64,000 nt of DNA from assembly GCA_041658425.1 (NCBI GenBank), contig JBBAAF010000003.1, positions 14,267 through 78,266 on the forward strand, given 5' to 3'. Below, piece after piece: positions 1 to 9,985 of the stretch. The notes beneath the pieces are model-generated. The model did no database searches. It was not told the origin of the DNA and worked only from the letters and a program-made list of their open reading frames with translations. This stretch comes from Bacteroidales bacterium (GTDB lineage Bacteria; Bacteroidota; Bacteroidia; Bacteroidales; UBA12481). How positions within the stretch are numbered: the first letter of the stretch is position 1; every line of letters begins with the position of its first letter. The translations under genes were made by a program, and so were the position numbers.

Positions 1-13
1 AGGAGAAGCCAAA

Positions 14-2647
14 TTGTACCGAACTCAGGAACAGCGTGTAATTAGTGAGTTTAGCGGTAAAGTCGAATACAAACCGGATACCAGTAAAGTGATGCATTTC
101 CGGGTGGAATTGGTAAACCCGCAGAAATTGAAAAAGGAATGGGATTGTATCAATTTTTGGAATTTCGGTCCCAAGTGGCTATGGGAAGGTGGTCCGACAA
201 TGACACATTCTTTATTAATCCTTGATGCTAAAGGCAAGGAGCAAAAAATACCTTTTGTACAAGAATGGCTTTGGCCTGATATGTGCTATAAATATTGGTA
301 TTTAGATCATATTAAACTTAGCGATACAATTTCAAAGCCCGTTACTTTAGTGGGAATGGAGTTTATTGGCAGAGGAAATCCCAAAGACTATACCAATATT
401 TTTCTGGGTCCGGTTTATGCTTACAAAGAAGAATTAAACCCATTGGTATTTAAGCCTTTCCCGGAAAAACTTCCTTTTCCGCTCAGGAAACAAACAATAT
501 TACCCACGAATAAAATTAAAGAGTACACCAACGGTATAATTAAAAATTCGGATGTTTATCAATTCAAATACATTGCTGCAGATGCTACTCTTACCTATGA
601 AGTAAACATCTTAAAACCTATCGGAGGTATATCTGTTTTATACAAGGGAGAAAAGAAATCCATTGATTCGAATGCCGAAATAGTTTTTGAAAATAAGGTG
701 CCGGTAAAATGGCGAATTATCAAGAAAAACCTGCTAAACGATACCCTCTTTATACAATATGAAGCAAAAGGCGGGAAAATCTCGGTAATCTTCGACTGTT
801 TCTATACCATCCTGCAAAAGTCATTAATATGGGGTATTGAAGAGAAATCCAACACCGGACGTGTTGAAGAGATCAGGCTGGGAAAAACCGGAAACATTAC
901 GGATGGGAAACTCGTACCGATTCCGATTTTATGTTACAATCCTTTTTCAAATAATTCTTATACTCCCGACAGGCCATACTTACTGTATGCGGATGGCCTG
1001 TTTTACTTTACCATGTTTGATTGGTATTATACAGATGCCTCTATGTTTTTTGGTGGAAATAAAGAAATTAAAGATGGATTTGCAACTTACAATGGAGGAG
1101 TCAGATACATACCACTAATCAATAAGGTAAGGAACCCTCTTCGCGAACGTTTATTCATCAATGTTTCACCTGACGTGCAGGAAGTATTTCCAACAATTGA
1201 TAACCCAAAATCTCCAATGCGTTCCAATCAGGCAAACAGGTTCTGGGCCATTAATGGAGGTAGTGATTTGGATCAACTTGGAAAATTTGTTACCGGATTA
1301 CGATCAAAAGGGGTTGAAAAAGTAAGCATCCGCTACCATGAAGATTTTTGGCGGGAGGGTGGTGAGAGCTTCACATTCCGCTTAGAGCCTAATCCCAAAC
1401 TGGGCCGTGAAAAAATTAAAGATTATGTTCGTTTTGTTCAATCTAACGACTGGCGTGTGGGATTATACAGCAATTACATGGATTTTGCACCCGTTAATGC
1501 ACTTTGGAATGAAGATTGGGTAAGACGCAGTTATTTAGGCGGATGGGGTCCGGCCTGGAGTCGCTGTTATGCTCCAAAAGTTTCAATAGGTTGGGAACAA
1601 GAGGCAATTTTAGCTCCACAAATACAAAAAATTTATGGAACGAATTTTTCCTATTGCGATGTAGAAACCTGCATTTCTCCAATGGATCGGGTTGACTATG
1701 ACTATCGTGCTCCGGGTGCAGGAAAATTCCGCTCCGTATTTGAATATGTTGGACTTACGGTGATGAATGAGCGAAGAGCCTATCAGGGTCCCGTGTATTC
1801 TGAAGGTGGTACTCATTGGTTTTATGCCGGTCTTGTGGATGGGAATTATGCCTATATGGATAATAAGTTACCTGTATTTCCGGATTTTCAACTATTAAAA
1901 ATTCATCCTTTGGAGATGGATGGAATGGCGAATGTTTCAGGAGATGAATACATTCCTTATGCGTTAGCTTTCGGTACAATTGGAATTCTCTCCGAAGGCC
2001 GGGATGCTATTAGAAGATATGCCTTTCTGCAGCCCTTGCAAAATAGCTATTCGATGATTCCTGTCACCGAAATATCTTATTTCGACGGAAATTCTCTTGT
2101 CTCAAGTTCCGAAGCGGTCAGGAAAGATTTAATAGCAGCCCCTAAAATTCACATTAAGTATCAATCAGGCTTGCAGGTTTTCTCTAATTTATCCAAAGAT
2201 TCCTGGTCTGTTGAAGCAAATGGTGTGACATACACGCTTCCAAAAAATGGGGTCTTGTCGTATTTGCCTGAAAATAATTTACTTGCCTATTCAGTAGAAA
2301 ATAAAAACTCAGCAACCAATAAGCGTCTGGATAGGGTATTCTCCGATGATTTGTACTACCTTGATACCTATGGAGAAGAAGTAACCGGTAATCTAGCCGG
2401 AAATGGTTCGTATATGATCAAGAAAGAAAAGTTCGGGTGGGAAATTATTCCGGTTGAAAATACCAAAACTATCGATTTTGATTTATCCCTGATTGGCTTG
2501 AAAGATTTAGGAGTTGACATTAAGGCAGTTGACGAGAATGGTAATACGATAAAAATCATTAACGAGAACCCTATGTCAGGTAAAGTATATTTTGAGCATA
2601 ATCCGGATTATTATAAATACCAGATCTGTCCGGTTGTATCTTACTAA
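14..2647 (+). CDS. Hypothetical large protein, 5'-partial; family not recognised
   Basis: 877-codon open frame. The frame is also open from base 2 to 13 and the listed start is a TTG, so the true start probably lies left of the window. It converges on the GH20 gene. No motif I can assign. Confidence 0.7.
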   Translation: MYRTQEQRVISEFSGKVEYKPDTSKVMHFRVELVNPQKLKKEWDCINFWNFGPKWLWEGGPTMTHSLLILDAKGKEQKIPFVQEWLWPDMCYKYWYLDHIKLSDTISKPVTLVGMEFIGRGNPKDYTNIFLGPVYAYKEELNPLVFKPFPEKLPFPLRKQTILPTNKIKEYTNGIIKNSDVYQFKYIAADATLTYEVNILKPIGGISVLYKGEKKSIDSNAEIVFENKVPVKWRIIKKNLLNDTLFIQYEAKGGKISVIFDCFYTILQKSLIWGIEEKSNTGRVEEIRLGKTGNITDGKLVPIPILCYNPFSNNSYTPDRPYLLYADGLFYFTMFDWYYTDASMFFGGNKEIKDGFATYNGGVRYIPLINKVRNPLRERLFINVSPDVQEVFPTIDNPKSPMRSNQANRFWAINGGSDLDQLGKFVTGLRSKGVEKVSIRYHEDFWREGGESFTFRLEPNPKLGREKIKDYVRFVQSNDWRVGLYSNYMDFAPVNALWNEDWVRRSYLGGWGPAWSRCYAPKVSIGWEQEAILAPQIQKIYGTNFSYCDVETCISPMDRVDYDYRAPGAGKFRSVFEYVGLTVMNERRAYQGPVYSEGGTHWFYAGLVDGNYAYMDNKLPVFPDFQLLKIHPLEMDGMANVSGDEYIPYALAFGTIGILSEGRDAIRRYAFLQPLQNSYSMIPVTEISYFDGNSLVSSSEAVRKDLIAAPKIHIKYQSGLQVFSNLSKDSWSVEANGVTYTLPKNGVLSYLPENNLLAYSVENKNSATNKRLDRVFSDDLYYLDTYGEEVTGNLAGNGSYMIKKEKFGWEIIPVENTKTIDFDLSLIGLKDLGVDIKAVDENGNTIKIINENPMSGKVYFEHNPDYYKYQICPVVSY

Positions 2648-2739
2648 TAGGCAATTCAGCGGACCGAACTCATATTAGATATTGACCAAAGGGCAACCAG
2701 GGGTAGCAACCAAAATTTCATCCTGGTTAAATTTTTCGA

Positions 2740-4590
2740 TTATTTTACCCGCTTTCCTAATTCTGCAAGCGAAACGGTAATCATTTTGCCTGCAGGTTTC
2801 CCATCTCTATAAGTAATGACACGGAATGTATCAGCATCTTTCGGTATCGTCAGCTTTTCTCCATTCATATACATTGGACTATGATGGTCGGGATAGGTGT
2901 TATCGAAGGTGTAATACAATTTCAGCCCTTCAATTTCGGTACTCAGCTGTATGAATAAATTTCCCTTCCCATCTTTTGATGGTGCGATGATTGCATCATA
3001 AAAGCTGGTGGCATAGTTGATATCCGCCTGGGATAACCTTTGCAAATGGACTTCGGTGCGACGAATAAACTCAGTCCAATTCCTGAATGATTTTGGAGAC
3101 CATAGAACTTCTGCCAAGGCAAATGAGCGAGGCCAGAACATATACTCTGCCTGACGGAATGTGGGTACACTTTCTGTCCAGAGGTTTCCTTGCCCTCCCA
3201 GGATAAGCGAGGGATCCACACCTTCGGGAACAGGTTCGAAAGCATATACTTTATTCAAACGCAACATGCTATATGTCGGTGGCTCAATGGCAGGATCGCC
3301 CTGATACAAGTCGAGGTAAGCATAGTCGTTGGGGCTCATCACCACATGATGGTTTGCTTTAGCGGCTGCAATACCTCCTTTCATTCCACGCCAGCTCATT
3401 ACGGAAGCATTAGGTGCTAAACCCCCTTCCAAAATCTCATCCCAGCCCATCAATTTCTTTCCATTTTCCTGCAACATGGTCTCCAGACGATTTATGAAAT
3501 AACTTTGTAATTCATTCACATCCTTCAACCCATTATCTTTCATTCGTTTTTGGCAATCCTTACATTTTTTCCAAAAGCCTTTATAACATTCGTCGCCTCC
3601 AATATGAATGTATTCAAAAGGAAATAATTCGGCCACTTCGGTAAAGACGGTATTCAAAAACTCAAAAGTAGAGTCGTTCCCGGCACAAAGCGAGTTATCA
3701 TCAATTCCATAGAACTTACTGCCCGGATTTACCTGATAAATCAATTTCGAAGAAGACAAATAGGGATAAGCAGCTATAGCGGCTAAAGAGTGTCCGGGAA
3801 CATCTATTTCAGGTAGAATATTCACATAACGTTTTGCAGCATATTTGACAAGGTCTTTGATATCTTCCTGCGTGTAAAAACCACTATACGTAGCTTCTTC
3901 TCCTTCCTGGGGGCGTTCCCTTTCCCACCATAATCCTGTACGCGGCACTCTCCATGCTCCTACCTTAGTGAGTTCGGGCAGCTTTTTAATTTCTAACCTC
4001 CAACCCTGATCGTCGGTTAAATGCAGATGCAGGAGGTTAAATTTATATATCACCATCTGGTCAATAAGGCGCTTTACCTCATCAATAGTAAAGAAATGTC
4101 TGCTGACATCAAGCATCAATCCACGCCATGGAAAGCGGGGTTCATCTTTAATAATAAGGGATGGCACTTTTCTATCATCATTTATTGGAATAAGTTGAAT
4201 CAAACTTTGTACCCCATAGAACATGCCTTGGGAAGTGATGGCCCTGATACTTATTTCTTTCGGCGAAACGCTTAAAAGATATCCTTCCTTTGCTGTGTTT
4301 ACCGTTGAATCAAGTATTAAATTGATTGATTTTGCGGTTAATTTAATTCCACTTTGGATCTTTGCCTGCAATTGTAATTTATTCAGTGATTCTATAGTCG
4401 ACGCAGTGTAATCGGCAAGAAATTTTAATTTCTGATCATTATAACAAATTGGAGTTGACTCGTTTAAAATAAAATTTCCTTCTTTCATTTCAACCTTTTG
4501 GGGTTGAGGAATGATGCTAATGCTTTGGGCTGACAAAACCGCACCCAGGCAAAGCAGGGAAACTGATAATGACAATTTTTTGGAGTTCAT
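2740..4590 (-). CDS. Beta-N-acetylhexosaminidase, glycoside hydrolase family 20
   Basis: Signal peptide MNSKKLSLSVSLLCLGAVLSAQS. Classic GH20 motifs are present: RGLMLDVSRHFF, HLHLTDDQGWRLEIKK and YIHIGGDE. Confidence 0.92.
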   Translation of the reverse strand: MNSKKLSLSVSLLCLGAVLSAQSISIIPQPQKVEMKEGNFILNESTPICYNDQKLKFLADYTASTIESLNKLQLQAKIQSGIKLTAKSINLILDSTVNTAKEGYLLSVSPKEISIRAITSQGMFYGVQSLIQLIPINDDRKVPSLIIKDEPRFPWRGLMLDVSRHFFTIDEVKRLIDQMVIYKFNLLHLHLTDDQGWRLEIKKLPELTKVGAWRVPRTGLWWERERPQEGEEATYSGFYTQEDIKDLVKYAAKRYVNILPEIDVPGHSLAAIAAYPYLSSSKLIYQVNPGSKFYGIDDNSLCAGNDSTFEFLNTVFTEVAELFPFEYIHIGGDECYKGFWKKCKDCQKRMKDNGLKDVNELQSYFINRLETMLQENGKKLMGWDEILEGGLAPNASVMSWRGMKGGIAAAKANHHVVMSPNDYAYLDLYQGDPAIEPPTYSMLRLNKVYAFEPVPEGVDPSLILGGQGNLWTESVPTFRQAEYMFWPRSFALAEVLWSPKSFRNWTEFIRRTEVHLQRLSQADINYATSFYDAIIAPSKDGKGNLFIQLSTEIEGLKLYYTFDNTYPDHHSPMYMNGEKLTIPKDADTFRVITYRDGKPAGKMITVSLAELGKRVK

Positions 4591-4592
4591 AA

Positions 4593-5711
4593 TTAATTCT
4601 GATTTTTTACATAATTAAACGGCAAATTATTGTATGCACGAGTCAGAACAGCGATATTCCGTTCATCCCCTTTTAAACTATCAACAGGTCTGGAAAGATA
4701 ATAATCAACCGGCGGCATCAAAGAACCGATAACGGGTTTGGTAAAACCATAAAGCCCTACTTTTTCTTTAATGGCTGCAGGAATAACTTTGGCCGGATCT
4801 TGTCCATTCCAATTGGCCAGGCAGGTTACCAAACGGGTATGTTTGCCTAACATGGTACGCACGGATTCGGTGGTAGCAATATCGCCGGCTTCATTCAGCA
4901 CCCAATCCACTTCCTTCAGCATATCCGATCCTGCAATATCCTTGCTGGTCAGTTGACAGGATGTTAACCAGATAATGCAATCAGGTTTTGTTTTCTTCAC
5001 CGTTTCCCTGATCCTCTTCCAGCATCTGTCAATGGCTTTACGACGGAACTGGAGCTCAATTTCAGGAGTAATATTATCCTTTCCCGGGAATGGTTCATTC
5101 ATCAATTCACTGAACATTATCTGTTCGCAATCCATCCATTTTAAAGGCGGATATGGCTCCATGGTTGCACCGGGATTCCATAGCCAATCTACAAAAACAC
5201 CATCCATACCGGTCTTTTTTATGGCATCTTCCATGGCAGCACAAAGGTAATCAAGATACGGTTTAGTGTAAGGAATATGTGGGTTTGCAGGAAATCCATA
5301 GCTCAGATCGGGATGTTCCTGCCCCCATTTCGTGTTAGAGCCGGCACAAAAATAGCCAAACACTTTCATGTTTTTTTTATGCGCCAGTTTTACCTGTTCC
5401 GTCAGGAAATCATACTTGAGCCCGGGTTGCTCCGGAACAATACCGTTTTTATACCAGGCATAACCGTTGCATGATACGGCAAATGACTGAATGACGTTGC
5501 AACCAAGAGCTGCGTACCAGTTTACGTGATCAACGGGATTTGCATCGGACCATAAACCCGGTTGGGCAAAACCGTTCGGACCTCCTTCTCCCCAATTAAA
5601 ATCAACGCAGTAAGCTTTTATTAAACCTTCCTGTGTTTTTTTCGAATCACTTTTACAACTGCTAAAAAGTGCGATAAAAATTACTGCTATTATTATCCTG
5701 TTATTTTTCAT
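4593..5711 (-). CDS. Lipoprotein, putative TIM-barrel glycosidase-like protein (family not recognised)
   Basis: Lipobox ALFSSC at the N-terminus. Only a 2-nt gap separates it from the GH20 start, so the two are probably co-translated. Its N-terminal half loosely resembles the N-terminal halves of the 716-aa and 425-aa proteins in this locus (GH29/GH42-like barrel feel). This call is unverified. Confidence 0.7.
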   Translation of the reverse strand: MKNNRIIIAVIFIALFSSCKSDSKKTQEGLIKAYCVDFNWGEGGPNGFAQPGLWSDANPVDHVNWYAALGCNVIQSFAVSCNGYAWYKNGIVPEQPGLKYDFLTEQVKLAHKKNMKVFGYFCAGSNTKWGQEHPDLSYGFPANPHIPYTKPYLDYLCAAMEDAIKKTGMDGVFVDWLWNPGATMEPYPPLKWMDCEQIMFSELMNEPFPGKDNITPEIELQFRRKAIDRCWKRIRETVKKTKPDCIIWLTSCQLTSKDIAGSDMLKEVDWVLNEAGDIATTESVRTMLGKHTRLVTCLANWNGQDPAKVIPAAIKEKVGLYGFTKPVIGSLMPPVDYYLSRPVDSLKGDERNIAVLTRAYNNLPFNYVKNQN

Positions 5712-5792
5712 TTTTGAAAGTTTTGAATTTGACTGTCTCTTTCATTTCACACCTGCTGACCTGATTAAGATTTGTTTTCCCTGAATCAGGCA

Positions 5793-8700
5793 TTACCTGC
5801 TGATTATCAGTATTAATCCTTTTGAGGCCGGGATACTCAATTGTTTCACATTTGCCTCTCCGGCTGTTTGAAGATCGTCGATATTCGGGATTTCAACTTT
5901 TGCAGATGCAGGATTCATCCCCAGTTTCTTCCAATCTACATCTAAACTTATGACCTGGTGGGTATCCGACCAGTTGCCTATGGCTATCATTGCTTTATCT
6001 TTTTTGAGATAAACACTTGCCAGCAAATCATTATTACCGGTTTTTATAGGATTGGCATCATCCCAATAACCAATGTATTCTGAACCCGACATTCCAAAGT
6101 AATTCCATAATTTCCACATGTTCATGGGTTTGCAACCGCTATAATACCGGGTCGACATCCCATAGACCATGCCACGGTAAGGGTTGCCGCAGCCATCAAG
6201 CATTTCTCCGTATAAGCCTAAAGGAATTCCGGATATTTCAACTATCCAGTAATCCGGTTTCGTTGTTTTATAATCATACATTTCGCCCAGCCATAAGCTA
6301 TTAACATAAGGAAAAACTTCCATGCAATCATTGGCAGGACTATTTAATCCATAAGCTGGCTGAAAGGCATTACCAGAGTGAAAATCCATCAAACAGCTAT
6401 CTGCGGCTCTATCCATAGTCTTGCGCATGCGTTTCATTATTTCCCTGTCGTAACCTACTCCATCTAAATATAATCCACGTACGCCATAATTTCTTATCAG
6501 GAAGTTTAACCCTTCAATGTAATAATTATGCCAACGTGATAAGCCTTGCGTCCTTATTGACATATCCCAGTCAGGACCAACACTACGATCATGCCATGCA
6601 GGATCATAATTCGTACGAAGGTGTTCAAACAACCAGGAATGTCCCGTCATTCCATATATGCTGTTAGGATCTCTTTTTTCATGTGTATCAGCCAGGACTA
6701 ACACATTAGTACGGGAATATATCTCGTCATCAAGATGCCGCATTGCCCATAATTCACAGGCATTTGTGGACAATTCCCTGACTGTATAATACAATTTTGT
6801 CCTGATGTTAAGTATTTTTCCTTTATCAATTATCGATTTTAATGTATCTCCTGACAGAAACGGATAATTGATATAAGGATTATAAACATTCGCATGATGA
6901 ATATTCATTATGGTTGCTCCATTTTTAGCAGCTGTTACAGGATTATTATCAGCGTGGTAATATTTTTCGTTCCAATGCTTATCATCCAAGGTCTTAAAAG
7001 GGGTAATGAGAAGGCCAAAGTTTAAAACCATTACATCATCTTTTTTCATTGACTTGGCTCCCACATAGGCGGTAACAATTACTTCTTTTTCTGTGGAAGC
7101 AACATTGCAGCCTCCTTTCCCTTCATTGCTCCAATCCCTGTAGGGACCAACCTTTTCAAACGAAGCCAGCTTCCAATCAGGAATCAGATGTTTTAATTTT
7201 ACCTGCAAGCCCGCATTCACATCTCCCAGCCAGATCATATTATTGGCATATTCCTGATTCCATTTCCACTCCAGCTTTTCAGGAGTATAACCTCCCTGTT
7301 TCCCCATCCCCATCAGGTATTTTGCCGTTGATTTTTCGTAGGGTAGCACCAGTTGGACGTCATCTAAATTGATATCTTTTTTTGCTTTTATTTTCGTTTC
7401 ATAATTAATATATCCATCACATTCCATCTTAGCTTTTATGGTAATTTCGATATCTTCCGAACTTAAAACTGTTTGCCATACAACCGCACCACTTTTTTGC
7501 AGGATTATTTCCGGTTCTTTAGACGAAAATTTAATTAATTTTCCTTTTTGCAAAAGGTCGAGGTGAATTGATCCGGATAGGATATTCTTATCAGGCCCAT
7601 CAATGGAATGATTGCTGCCTGTAAAGGAGGTGGTTATTTTTTCAGGAAACCCCGATTTATTGAAACTTAATTTCCGCCCGAAGATGGATATATTTCTTCC
7701 GCTTAATTTTACCGGAGTGTAGGGCGCAACAACTTCATTGTCGATGCCGATATTCGAATCTAACCAATTCAACCGCGACTGATTTTGCGGTGTATTATAA
7801 CCTCTGTTTTCCGCAATTTTATTTTCTATTTGTAGTTTTACATCTATGACATAGCTCTTTGTACCTTTAGCTGATACTGCTACTTTCCCAAGATAAACTC
7901 CAGGAGCCTGATTTGCTTTTATATCAGATACTATCCACATGGACCGGACTTCACCTTTAGGGACTTTCACATTTTTTACAAACTTGTTACCTAAATGGTC
8001 ATTCCCTCCCATATTAATACATTTGAATGATTTAGAAGATAATATATCTCCTTTTTCAGATTTTAAATCGTAAAACGTTAATTTTAAATTATCTAATTCT
8101 TTGAACGGTGCAAAGATCCCCAATTGCCAGGAGTAGGATTCGTCCTTCATTGCACTTCCTTCAAATGCATTATTCGCCCCTTTTTTGAACCAGCGATAGG
8201 GTATGGTCTCTACCATTCGTGCAGGAAAATTCCTGTTCTCCGGGAAAATCAAAAACTCTTTATCCTGATTCTTATTCAATAATTCTTTCAATTCATTTTG
8301 AGTAACAGGTATTTCCATTGGATAAAAACTATGGTAATCGCTTTTACTTTCAAAAGAAATGATTTTTGCCAACTGACTGTCAATTTTATTGGCAGTACTG
8401 TTTTTCCAGGCAGGATCATACGTATCTGCCGGCTTCTCATAAGTGGCATCTGGGAACCACGACTTTCCGGTATTTCGTCCGGGCATATAATACAAATAGT
8501 AGTTGCCTTCGCCCGAAATCGGTTGAAATACTATCTCGCCAAATTCATTATTCTTTTGTGTGGAATAGATATTTTTTACCCGCAGATTGGTTAAGGCATC
8601 GATGAGAATCAGGTTTTTATCATCAACATTATCCAACCTGCGCCACGGAACAACTACTTTGACCGCATCTGAAGACTTTTCGACATAAATGACAGCACGA

Positions 8701-8813
8701 TGATTTCCAAGTCCTTCGGGATTCCATTGTCCGGTTCCATAACTAATATCCTGTCCATAAAACTGAAATAAGCTTAAAATAAGTGCCGTACTTATTAAAA
8801 TAATTGTTTTCAT
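5793..8813 (-). CDS. Large secreted glycosidase-like protein, possibly DUF6067 / GH123-like (DUF4091)
   Basis: Intact 1006-aa ORF with signal peptide MKTIILISTALILSLFQFYGQ. The N-terminal segment GLGNHRAVIYV...VVVPWRRLD recalls DUF6067-type proteins from memory only, so the family call is tentative. Confidence 0.75.
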   Translation of the reverse strand: MKTIILISTALILSLFQFYGQDISYGTGQWNPEGLGNHRAVIYVEKSSDAVKVVVPWRRLDNVDDKNLILIDALTNLRVKNIYSTQKNNEFGEIVFQPISGEGNYYLYYMPGRNTGKSWFPDATYEKPADTYDPAWKNSTANKIDSQLAKIISFESKSDYHSFYPMEIPVTQNELKELLNKNQDKEFLIFPENRNFPARMVETIPYRWFKKGANNAFEGSAMKDESYSWQLGIFAPFKELDNLKLTFYDLKSEKGDILSSKSFKCINMGGNDHLGNKFVKNVKVPKGEVRSMWIVSDIKANQAPGVYLGKVAVSAKGTKSYVIDVKLQIENKIAENRGYNTPQNQSRLNWLDSNIGIDNEVVAPYTPVKLSGRNISIFGRKLSFNKSGFPEKITTSFTGSNHSIDGPDKNILSGSIHLDLLQKGKLIKFSSKEPEIILQKSGAVVWQTVLSSEDIEITIKAKMECDGYINYETKIKAKKDINLDDVQLVLPYEKSTAKYLMGMGKQGGYTPEKLEWKWNQEYANNMIWLGDVNAGLQVKLKHLIPDWKLASFEKVGPYRDWSNEGKGGCNVASTEKEVIVTAYVGAKSMKKDDVMVLNFGLLITPFKTLDDKHWNEKYYHADNNPVTAAKNGATIMNIHHANVYNPYINYPFLSGDTLKSIIDKGKILNIRTKLYYTVRELSTNACELWAMRHLDDEIYSRTNVLVLADTHEKRDPNSIYGMTGHSWLFEHLRTNYDPAWHDRSVGPDWDMSIRTQGLSRWHNYYIEGLNFLIRNYGVRGLYLDGVGYDREIMKRMRKTMDRAADSCLMDFHSGNAFQPAYGLNSPANDCMEVFPYVNSLWLGEMYDYKTTKPDYWIVEISGIPLGLYGEMLDGCGNPYRGMVYGMSTRYYSGCKPMNMWKLWNYFGMSGSEYIGYWDDANPIKTGNNDLLASVYLKKDKAMIAIGNWSDTHQVISLDVDWKKLGMNPASAKVEIPNIDDLQTAGEANVKQLSIPASKGLILIISR

Positions 8814-8940
8814 AAGTAGTTCAATTTTTATTATTGCTAAATATATTTTTTAACATTAAAATGCGAGCACAATTTACGTAAATTTTGACAAAACAGAGGA
8901 TTTTTCGTTTACTTATTGATGACTTCAATACCTTTTAGCT

Positions 8941-9888
8941 TTACGGTTCCCTTAATGACCGGTTCATCTTCACCGATATTTCCATTCTATCCGAAGTCCA
9001 ACTATCTAAGAACACTTGCACATCTTGTTGATCAATGGAGGATGAAAATTCGAATTTTATGATTTTCTTATCTCCAGGCATCAGGGTAACGTAATTATCC
9101 GAATAGTGAACCGGAAGAATTCGTTTTCCGGTCCGCTTATCGAAAACTTTAACCCGGTTAAAAAAAGAGATGTTATCAAAAGCTGCCAGTTCTAAGGTAC
9201 CGGTGTAGTTACCACCTTCTTTGTTCAATTGTAAAGATGTTTTTGGTTTTGTTGCTGGAAGCTGCTCCAATTGAGAGTAATCTTTATCCTTGGTGGTCAG
9301 CCAGTAAATATTATCCGTTAACTGCACATTTTTATTAAACAAGGTCAGCTTTAAAAAATAGGCCCCATAAATGCCGGTTGGTTTTACTATTTCAAACATC
9401 GGACTTACAGTGTTCGAAAGTGCATCGCATTTATCGGACTTTTCCCAAATTATTTTCCCGTTCAAATTATATAGTTGAGCTTTAACTGTTAAGCCACTGT
9501 AGGATATGAGTGACGAGTTGAGCAGTTCAACTCGTTTGCTTATTAAGTTATACATAGGGTGCAGTGGTTCGCAGCCCTTTTTAGTTCCGTAAAGAGTGGC
9601 GTTGACTTCAATAGGAGCAGAGGTAAGTATATTCCCATCAACTTTGATCTCACTGGCACGCCTGGCCACCCAATTCTAGTGAAGCAATGTTTTTTCGCCG
9701 ATTGCCGGGAGCAACAGGGGCTCAATATTTTGTGCAAATAATGAACAGGTATTACACATAATCAAGCATAGAACCCAAAAAATTGATTGTTTTTTTAATC
9801 TCATTACGATGGGTTTACCGTATTTAGTAAAATTGTTCCAAAACAAAACAGGCTGTTCTTTTTGAAAGCTACCTTGTTTGCAAGACAA
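8941..9888 (-). pseudogene. GH2 (exo-beta-D-glucosaminidase/CsxA-like) remnant: signal peptide plus C-terminal Ig-like domain, catalytic core deleted, in-frame TAG
   Basis: The 70-aa ORF (signal peptide MRLKKQSIFWVLCLIMCNTCSLFAQ) and the 242-aa ORF are in the same frame (219 nt apart = 73 codons). They are separated only by TAG at 9676-9678: ...GEKTLLH*NWVARRASEIKVDGNILTS.... The distal part (DNIYWLTT, ISFFNRVKV, ILPVHYSDNYVTLMPGD) matches the C-terminal Ig-fold domain of GH2 glucosaminidases. No TIM-barrel region is present. Confidence 0.75.
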
Positions 9889-9985
9889 CTTCGTTCGTAT
9901 CGGATTGTAAGGAATTCAATATGTTGAGCATCCGGAATACAACCGGCCAGGATGACTTTTCGAACAATCTGTTCCGGGCAACCGA

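Noticed and set aside
2695-2728. Hairpins as terminators at 2695-2728 (AACCAGG/CCTGGTT), 5760-5790 (CCTGATT/AATCAGG), 22091-22127 (CAACCAG/CTGGTTG) and 34175-34198 (TTCCTTT/AAAGGAA)
   Set aside because: Each has only a 7-bp stem with a 10-23-nt loop and no clear T-tract. They are far weaker than the susD terminator, so I do not report them as features.
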